From a virus (taxonomy: Duplodnaviria; Caudoviricetes), in the IMG/VR virus record IMGVR_UViG_3300002144_000245, positions 1 to 54,855 of that record: 54,855 bases of DNA, one strand, 5' to 3'. Position 1 is the stretch's first letter. Each line of letters opens with the position of its first letter. Position numbers and translations under genes: made by a program. This document shows, one piece after another, positions 47,133-53,482 of the stretch. The notes under the pieces are model-generated. The model made no database searches, had not been told where the DNA came from, and saw nothing but the letters and a program-made list of their open reading frames with translations.

Positions 47133-48065
47133 TTAACAAGCATTCCCCATATTATGCCCTATTGGGTGTTTACTAAATTTGGAAATGTAATCTAATACTG
47201 TTAACTCTTTCATCTTAGCTTCGATATCAATGTCAAGGTTATGACCATATGTGTTGATTTCGGAATATATAAAGTCTGAGTGTGCTTGTGGTTTAACACC
47301 TACCTCTTCTAACGTTCTTGATTCAGAATAATGTACAAGTGGTTTAACATCACCCCAAGTAGACATTGCTAATTCAAGTGACTCTTGTTCGGTCAGTCCG
47401 CCTGTATTAAATGAGTGGTGGTGATAATCAAATACAATGGGTATACCAATCCGTTCGTGAATATACATTAAATCTTTTACAGAATACATCGATGCTTTAT
47501 CATCATTCTCTACAGTCAGCCGGAGTCTAACTGATTCGGGTAATTTTTCAAAGTTTTTACAAAACCTATCCATAGCAGATTGCTTATCACCATATACACC
47601 ATTGCAATGGATGTTAATAAGGTTGTAGGCGGTTCTTTCTAATCCCATAAGGTCAAAGTGTTCTCCATGTGTAGAAAGGTCTCTAATCGTATTCTTAACA
47701 ACATTCTCATTAGGAGATACTAATACATTGAATGGTCCGGGATGTGATGTTATTCGTTGACCATAATTCTTAGCCAAATGGCCGGCTCCATTAAGTAATA
47801 ATGAAAACTTATTATATTCAGGCATATCCTTTAATTGAAATTCACTTGACCATGGAACTAAATCAGAACTCATACGGAAGAGTTTAAAGCCATTTTGATG
47901 ATTCCACTTGATAATCTCTATTAAATCCCTAGCATTCAATACAGCGAGGTCTGAGGACCTACTGATACCCTCATTAAGGAAGGTACGTTTAATCATACCA
48001 CGATTAGTAGTAATTTTCTTTTTGCTCAATGTCATATTGATGCAACAATAACCTAAATTTGTCAT
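47133..48065 (-). CDS. uvsE: UV DNA damage endonuclease (UVDE)
   Basis: LGYCCIN, FRMSSDLVPW, SHPGPF, LTVENDD, VFDYHHH, VHYSE, AHSD, IEAKMKE. Confidence 0.95.
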   Translation of the reverse strand: MTNLGYCCINMTLSKKKITTNRGMIKRTFLNEGISRSSDLAVLNARDLIEIIKWNHQNGFKLFRMSSDLVPWSSEFQLKDMPEYNKFSLLLNGAGHLAKNYGQRITSHPGPFNVLVSPNENVVKNTIRDLSTHGEHFDLMGLERTAYNLINIHCNGVYGDKQSAMDRFCKNFEKLPESVRLRLTVENDDKASMYSVKDLMYIHERIGIPIVFDYHHHSFNTGGLTEQESLELAMSTWGDVKPLVHYSESRTLEEVGVKPQAHSDFIYSEINTYGHNLDIDIEAKMKELTVLDYISKFSKHPIGHNMGNAC

Positions 48066-48082
48066 AACTTATATTTTATATT

Positions 48083-48140
48083 TAAAGATAATAAAAAAAG
48101 GGGGACTAAACAAGCCCCCCATGTTAAATAATTGTTAAAT
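48083..48140 (-). promoter_or_regulatory. Bacteroidota-type promoter (CTTG-N20-TATCTTTA) with an upstream TAACA 11-bp direct repeat
   Basis: taaagata at 48083-48090, caag at 48111-48114, atgttaaataattgttaaat at 48121-48140. Confidence 0.65.
48093..48120 (-). terminator. Rho-independent terminator after the hsp20 operon
   Basis: GGGGGGCT-TGTTT-AGTCCCCC followed by T7 on the minus strand. Confidence 0.8.
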
Positions 48141-48320
48141 TTCTTCCCAATCGATATCCGTAACTTTTCTACAAAAGTAATACCACCCATCCTTACGTAG
48201 AACTGTATCAGCATCTAAGTGTACTTTCCATGTTTCTACAATTGGATTATGAGACTCTCGTACTTTTCGTAACACAAGAAATATAGTGTCATTATAATTT
48301 ATCGATTCGTATCTAATCAT
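48135..48320 (-). CDS. Small hypothetical protein
   Basis: 61 aa, TAATG-coupled to hsp20. Confidence 0.6.
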   Translation of the reverse strand: MIRYESINYNDTIFLVLRKVRESHNPIVETWKVHLDADTVLRKDGWYYFCRKVTDIDWEEI

Positions 48321-48667
48321 TACTTAACGTTAACATCAATTCGCTTAGCCTTTCGGTCTTCATATCTCGGAATAGTAATCGAAAGGATTCCATCTTTAGC
48401 AATCGCTTCCGTGAGATTGACATCAAACGCATTGTGGATTTTATATCGTTTATGAAATGCGCGGTGTTCTTTTTCTGCCTTAATTTCCAAAACTCGGTCT
48501 TCTACACAAACTTGAATATCCTTATTAGATAAACCAGGAACTTCAAATTCCATAGTTAATATATCATCTTTTAAGTATGTAGTTTTATCAGAAATTTGGT
48601 GGTTATCCCATCCACCAGAAACCATGTCTGACATCATGGTGTGAAATGTTGAATCAAATAGTGTCAT
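48320..48667 (-). CDS. hsp20: Small heat shock protein Hsp20
   Basis: EVPGLSNKDIQV.VEDRVLEIKAE, FHKRY.I, A.AKDGILSITIP..RIDV. Confidence 0.92.
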   Translation of the reverse strand: MTLFDSTFHTMMSDMVSGGWDNHQISDKTTYLKDDILTMEFEVPGLSNKDIQVCVEDRVLEIKAEKEHRAFHKRYKIHNAFDVNLTEAIAKDGILSITIPRYEDRKAKRIDVNVK

Positions 48668-48704
48668 ATATTACCCTTTTTAATGTTAATGTTCCTTTAA
48701 TAGG

Positions 48705-48767
48705 ACAAAATACACACCAAATGTGTATTATATGACACTTTATCATATATTTTATGACAATATGTCA
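48705..48767 (-). promoter_or_regulatory. Candidate sigma54-like promoter with two TGACA-N3-TGTCA-type palindromes upstream of hsp20
   Basis: TTGG-TGTGTATTTT-GT (GG-N10-GT) at 48720..48705; palindromes at 48733-48745 (one mismatch) and 48755-48767 (perfect). Confidence 0.45.
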
Positions 48768-49121
48768 GTTTACCGAGCGGGGTAAAGTGGTGCCTACGTA
48801 TTTATATATACGAGTGTTACCTTTTGTTTGCTGATGTATCAATATATACCCATCCATCATAAACATTAAAATAGTTCTATCAAGTACGTCGGATTTAGAA
48901 CAGGTAATAGTAAAATGTGAATCGGTAATTAATACCTCTACATCAACACGTTGAGTATGTGGCGTCTCGGATTCAAAATCAAAATCAAAGTCATCATCAG
49001 TTATATCTGTATTATCATGATTAAAGAAATCAAACATATATTCAAGTTTGTCTTCATCGTGTAACGACATAAAGAAACTATACTCAGATTCATCCCAAGC
49101 CCAATCCTCATCCTCATACAT
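48765..49121 (-). CDS. Acidic hypothetical protein
   Basis: AAGGAG RBS; TACTTATT motif at 49140-49147. Confidence 0.6.
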   Translation of the reverse strand: MYEDEDWAWDESEYSFFMSLHDEDKLEYMFDFFNHDNTDITDDDFDFDFESETPHTQRVDVEVLITDSHFTITCSKSDVLDRTILMFMMDGYILIHQQTKGNTRIYKYVGTTLPRSVN

Positions 49122-49135
49122 AATATAAATCTCCT

Positions 49136-49507
49136 TTATAATAAGTATTTACCGATGGAACTATTCATGTTATTTAAATAAATTAAACCTGATTTAGATA
49201 TAGCTGTGTTATTTGATTTAACATATTCCATACAAATTTCGATGAAATGTCTTTCAAATAATTGAGTATCTGTAAACTTCCAAAATAAAGATGTCAACTT
49301 ATCCATCATATGCCGCTTATAAATATCATCTACTACTATATCTGACCACAAATAATTGTCGTGTAATTTAGTTTTAACAATGGTATAGTAGGGGTCTCTC
49401 CTTTCACGAATGATTGCGTCAACCCCACTACTCAAATAATCGGAAATCTCAGAATGAGTATCAACCTTTGTATCAAACAATCGTTTGAATAAATCCGAAT
49501 CAGCCAA
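49136..49507 (-). CDS. Hypothetical protein
   Basis: 123-aa ORF with a TTG start, filling the gap in a minus-strand run. Confidence 0.5.
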   Translation of the reverse strand: MADSDLFKRLFDTKVDTHSEISDYLSSGVDAIIRERRDPYYTIVKTKLHDNYLWSDIVVDDIYKRHMMDKLTSLFWKFTDTQLFERHFIEICMEYVKSNNTAISKSGLIYLNNMNSSIGKYLL

Positions 49508-49517
49508 AATTATTTAA

Positions 49518-49814
49518 TTAAAGAATACCTAATCGGTATCTCTTTTGAGAAGATTGAATAGCTTCGTGTAAAGTATTCATAATCTTATCACATTCAGCTT
49601 TAGTCAAATCAATTTCAGTATCCCCAATGATTAATGTTCCCAAACTTGTTGCGTTTTTGATTGGGTAATCGTCAGGAGTTAAATCTTGATTGAATGCAAA
49701 ATCAATTGTAGTCCATTTCGTACCATAAGCTTTATCTAATCGAGGTACTTCTGAATCTGATGTACCGAATGAGTTATTTACATAACCTCGGTGTGTCTTG
49801 TTGTGTTGTTTCAT
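49518..49814 (-). CDS. Hypothetical protein
   Basis: 98-aa ORF preceded by the TATTTATT motif. Confidence 0.6.
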   Translation of the reverse strand: MKQHNKTHRGYVNNSFGTSDSEVPRLDKAYGTKWTTIDFAFNQDLTPDDYPIKNATSLGTLIIGDTEIDLTKAECDKIMNTLHEAIQSSQKRYRLGIL

Positions 49815-49858
49815 AACGATTGTATTATTATTTATAATAAATATAGAAACAAAACTAA

Positions 49859-50170
49859 TTAAGTATTCTTTTTACGATTTCTTCGTGAAACTCGGTCAAA
49901 TTTTTTCTCGTTAAATGCCATATCGTATTTCATAGGATGTGTACGATTAATATTTTGTTCAAACCGAACTGATTCAGCAGCCCATTTCCATGCATCAAGT
50001 AAGTTAGATTGTGGAGGAATCAACAATTCTTCACCGACTATTGAACCTTTACCATCTGATATATAATACTTCCCTTCCCGTGACAATTGAGTTGCGGCAT
50101 TAGGGTGTTTTTTATAAACCTTATTCTGAAGTCGGTTCAGAATCATCTTGGGTGTTATTTCTTTTTTCAT
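49859..50170 (-). CDS. Basic hypothetical protein
   Basis: 103-aa ORF in a co-directional run. Confidence 0.6.
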   Translation of the reverse strand: MKKEITPKMILNRLQNKVYKKHPNAATQLSREGKYYISDGKGSIVGEELLIPPQSNLLDAWKWAAESVRFEQNINRTHPMKYDMAFNEKKFDRVSRRNRKKNT

Positions 50171-50375
50171 TTTTTAATGTTTTAGTAAGTCCTCTTACAA
50201 TATGACAATCAGATAAAATTTTATTAACAGAACATTCATCAACTGTTTTTCCATTTTCTAAAATAACAGAGTAAACTAATCCTCGTTTAAGTCTTGTTCG
50301 TGAAGAAACAACACCCACTCGGTGGGTGCCGTTTAATTTCACTACAACTTGGTGTCCAATATCAAATGTCATCAA
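50121..50375 (-). CDS. Hypothetical SH3-like beta-barrel protein
   Basis: FDIGHQVVV..RVGVV..YSVILENG pattern. Confidence 0.5.
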   Translation of the reverse strand: MMTFDIGHQVVVKLNGTHRVGVVSSRTRLKRGLVYSVILENGKTVDECSVNKILSDCHIVRGLTKTLKNEKRNNTQDDSEPTSE

Positions 50376-50569
50376 ATAACCTTAACAATTTTTGTCTCAA
50401 CAACAGCAGTTACTTCAAATTCAAGGTTTGACCCATCGAACTCTCCAAACACCTTTACCTCAGCATCAGTAACTGACACAGCATCTACAAGATATTGTTC
50501 AACTACTTTTTTTACTCGACCTTTGTCATCTTCATGATGAACGTTAACTTTAGCAATGTAATACGCCAT
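50372..50569 (-). CDS. DUF4494-like protein (family typical of Bacteroidota)
   Basis: GRVKKVVEQYLVDAVSVTDAE...FEVTAVVETKI. Confidence 0.7.
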   Translation of the reverse strand: MAYYIAKVNVHHEDDKGRVKKVVEQYLVDAVSVTDAEVKVFGEFDGSNLEFEVTAVVETKIVKVI

Positions 50570-50594
50570 AATTTAATTTATTTTAGATTTGATT

Positions 50595-50834
50595 TTAGAT
50601 TTGATTAAACTCTTCGATATAATTAGTACCCAACATTTGAATCAATTCAAACTCATCGACAAGTTTGTATTGACCATTTGGACTCCCCTCATGGTAGTCC
50701 TCAAAGATGGTGTGATAGAATTGAATCCATTCTTTACCATCATGTTGTTTCCCAGCAGGTAGTACAAGTATCCCATAGTTACCACCATGGTCTTGATATC
50801 TACTTGCGGTAATTGATTGTTCTTTGTGTGTCAT
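50595..50834 (-). CDS. Hypothetical protein
   Basis: 79 aa, ATGA-coupled to the upstream ORF. Confidence 0.55.
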   Translation of the reverse strand: MTHKEQSITASRYQDHGGNYGILVLPAGKQHDGKEWIQFYHTIFEDYHEGSPNGQYKLVDEFELIQMLGTNYIEEFNQI

Positions 50835-51046
50835 TTATTTAAATTATTTTTAAAATACGGGTCTTTTATGTTATTATTAACGAGTATTTGAAGTTCGTAA
50901 ATGTAGTCAACTGAATCGCCATCGCCAATCAACACATCAGCTGATGCGTAGTTCTTGACAACCCATTCAACACTATGGTCGTATACCATTTGTTGTAATA
51001 TGTGTTTAGCCGGTAAATGTCTTTTATTAAATCCCATATTAATCAA
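50831..51046 (-). CDS. Hypothetical protein
   Basis: MGFNKR start probably at the ATG ending at 51037. Confidence 0.55.
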   Translation of the reverse strand: MINMGFNKRHLPAKHILQQMVYDHSVEWVVKNYASADVLIGDGDSVDYIYELQILVNNNIKDPYFKNNLNK

Positions 51047-51383
51047 ACCATTGTGAACGGTGTGTCTTTACATTCTTAACACCAATTCGTTTTAACATTT
51101 CATGTTTCTTTTCTTTCCACTCAATAGACTCGTCTTCGTCAAATGTAGACATCTCGTTTTCCTTACCTAACTTCTTAATTCGTTTTAAATCATCCAAGGT
51201 AACCTCCTTATTTCGAAGACCCATATCAGCCGCACTAAATTGTTTAAGGTGATGTGTGTCTAATGGTTTTGTGAATTGTTTTAAGTAATCAGCTTTAGCA
51301 TCTAAATACTCAAATAAATTATCATCAGACAACAATTCAAGTTGGTCATCGGTTAATTCGTTAGTAGGGTCAAATATCATCAA
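51039..51383 (-). CDS. Hypothetical protein
   Basis: 114-aa ORF directly after a host-type promoter. Confidence 0.6.
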   Translation of the reverse strand: MMIFDPTNELTDDQLELLSDDNLFEYLDAKADYLKQFTKPLDTHHLKQFSAADMGLRNKEVTLDDLKRIKKLGKENEMSTFDEDESIEWKEKKHEMLKRIGVKNVKTHRSQWFD

Positions 51384-51385
51384 TA

Positions 51386-51417
51386 CAAATATACAACATT
51401 AATTTTAAATATCCAAG
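51386..51417 (-). promoter_or_regulatory. Bacteroidota sigmaA-type promoter CTTG-N20-TATATTTG
   Basis: caaatata at 51386-51393, caag at 51414-51417. Confidence 0.65.
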
Positions 51418-51821
51418 CCTCTTCTACGCATTTTTTCATGACAATAGAAATCGTAAAGTTCTTCTAAGTCCATTGGGGGTTGTTTCATCATATCATCCCA
51501 AAGGTCAAATCCAAACTGCTTTTCAAGTTCACTTCGTAATTCCTTTAATAATCCAAACTCATGTTTATGAGCAGTCTCATACAATTTCATAGCACGGATA
51601 TTATCCATACGAGATGCCACACGGGCCATTGTATAAGTTCCGGTTTCTTTCATTGTATTTTCGAAGGTGAAGGCGGCTCGTTTCCGAACCACCTCTGCTT
51701 CATTAAAATAATTAGAGTAATCGAAGTCTTTATTTTGTATCTTGTCAAACAAATGTGCTTTTGAAGATAATCGTTTATTTTTAATATGTGAGGTCCACCA
51801 TTGGAACGGATTGTATGCCAT
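51405..51821 (-). CDS. Hypothetical protein
   Basis: 138-aa ORF starting 2 nt after the AAA gene stop. Confidence 0.6.
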   Translation of the reverse strand: MAYNPFQWWTSHIKNKRLSSKAHLFDKIQNKDFDYSNYFNEAEVVRKRAAFTFENTMKETGTYTMARVASRMDNIRAMKLYETAHKHEFGLLKELRSELEKQFGFDLWDDMMKQPPMDLEELYDFYCHEKMRRRGLDI

Positions 51822-51823
51822 AA

Positions 51824-53107
51824 TTAAAATGGATTAGAAATATCATCAGCCTCAATATTGAATAGGTTTTCATCAGCAGGTCGGTCACCTAAAAACTTCT
51901 GAATATATTGTTTCATATAAACTCGTTCTGATTGAGCACCACCACTTTGGTCAAACAATGGATAAATAGTAATCTCAGCAGCGTCAGCGAGTGAGAATCC
52001 ATCGTAAAGAAGAGACCCAATCTCGACAGCAGTACGAGTTGAAAGTGAGTTGGTTAACTTAGGTGAGTCTGACATAACATCTGCACGAGTCATAGAAGTA
52101 ATCTCACCAACAGCTTTTAGTTGAGTCTCATCCACAGATGGGTACATCATTTGAAGTAAAGAGAATTCCTCTTCACTTGTCAACGTATCCATCTCAATGA
52201 ATTGGAATCGGTCAATGATAGCCCGGTCAAGTTGACGAGTGGCTGTGTATTCATTACCGATGTTAGCCGAAGCAATGAAAGAAACACCATCGGCGACCTT
52301 GATAACAGGAGCATCAGCAGCCTCATCTAATCGTAGGTATCGTTGACCTTGGTCAAGAACTGACATCAGTATATTGTGAGCTTCAGGGTGAGCCCGTGAA
52401 ATCTCATCAAGAACAATTACAGTATTAGGAGTCTGAATAGCCTTCACAAATGGTGAGGGATTAAACACCGTACCCTTTTGAGCTTCAAACTGAGTATTAC
52501 CAATTAAGGTACTTCGTGGGTCTTGAGTAGCACCCAAGTTAATGATAAATGTACTATAACCCTCAAGTGAGTTAGCAGCGGCCTTAGCAGCCATAGTCTT
52601 ACCACAACCAGCAGGTCCGGTCATCATAATGTTCTTACCACGAAGAATGTTACGAATTAAATACTTCCATTTTAAAGTATTCATGAACAACATTTTAGGT
52701 TTTAAACCTTCAGACGTTTCGTGGATAAAATTTAAGACATCTTCAGTCATTACAGGAGCAGCAACAGCCGTTGGAATATTAGGTTCATATTTTAAAGCAG
52801 CAAGGCCACCATTTGGTGATGTGAAGTTACCAACTGATTCAGGGTTTTCTTCAACTTTACTAATTGGAACACGAGTGAACCCAAGTTCACCATTTGTTAA
52901 AGTTCCTAAAACACGAACTTTAAATCCATACTTATCAGGTCGTTTTGCCGACTGACGAACCCGACCATGGAGAGGGGTACCCACCTCGTTAAATTGTGGG
53001 ATATTAAACTTGACACCCGCGGCATCTTCAAACAGGTAAAGACCATCGTTCTCGACAATCTTTCCGTAAACTGATTTTTGTGACTTCATACGATTATTAT
53101 TTCTCAT
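51824..53107 (-). CDS. MoxR-family AAA+ ATPase (CbbQ/NirQ/NorQ/CobS-like)
   Basis: GPAGCGKT, VLDEISRA, ASANIGNEY, LDRAIIDRF, LSTR. Confidence 0.92.
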   Translation of the reverse strand: MRNNNRMKSQKSVYGKIVENDGLYLFEDAAGVKFNIPQFNEVGTPLHGRVRQSAKRPDKYGFKVRVLGTLTNGELGFTRVPISKVEENPESVGNFTSPNGGLAALKYEPNIPTAVAAPVMTEDVLNFIHETSEGLKPKMLFMNTLKWKYLIRNILRGKNIMMTGPAGCGKTMAAKAAANSLEGYSTFIINLGATQDPRSTLIGNTQFEAQKGTVFNPSPFVKAIQTPNTVIVLDEISRAHPEAHNILMSVLDQGQRYLRLDEAADAPVIKVADGVSFIASANIGNEYTATRQLDRAIIDRFQFIEMDTLTSEEEFSLLQMMYPSVDETQLKAVGEITSMTRADVMSDSPKLTNSLSTRTAVEIGSLLYDGFSLADAAEITIYPLFDQSGGAQSERVYMKQYIQKFLGDRPADENLFNIEADDISNPF

Positions 53108-53121
53108 TAATTATTACTATG

Positions 53122-53179
53122 TAAAGATAGTGATTTAGGTACACAACTCCAAATTTCTAATGTTATCAAATTGTTAAAT
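53122..53179 (-). promoter_or_regulatory. Bacteroidota-type promoter TTTG-N20-TATCTTTA plus a 21-bp upstream element
   Basis: taaagata at 53122-53129, caaa at 53150-53153, aatgttatcaaattgttaaat at 53159-53179. Confidence 0.75.
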
Positions 53180-53364
53180 TATTTACGAACATACGAACCT
53201 CCATACTCATACAACATCCCCATTGTAGGATGAACGACAGTATTACCCTTAACAACTAACTCTTGAAGCTTCACTCCCAAACTAGCCATTTTTAAACCTG
53301 TGATAAATAACTTACTACCTAACACTTTTGAATTTACTTGATTAACTTTAATTTTATTTTTCAT
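53179..53364 (-). CDS. Small hypothetical protein
   Basis: 61 aa with its own promoter and leader hairpin. Confidence 0.55.
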   Translation of the reverse strand: MKNKIKVNQVNSKVLGSKLFITGLKMASLGVKLQELVVKGNTVVHPTMGMLYEYGGSYVRK

Positions 53365-53424
53365 TTCTTAATTATTTACTTTTTGTTTTATTGGAGTGTC
53401 AGTCACTCCCCCTTTACTACATAG

Positions 53425-53482
53425 TAAAGATAACACTAAAAGATTGATTACACAAACTTTCAATGTTATCAAATTGTTAAAT
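53425..53482 (-). promoter_or_regulatory. Bacteroidota-type promoter TTTG-N20-TATCTTTA plus an identical 21-bp upstream element
   Basis: taaagata at 53425-53432, caaa at 53453-53456, aatgttatcaaattgttaaat at 53462-53482. Confidence 0.75.
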
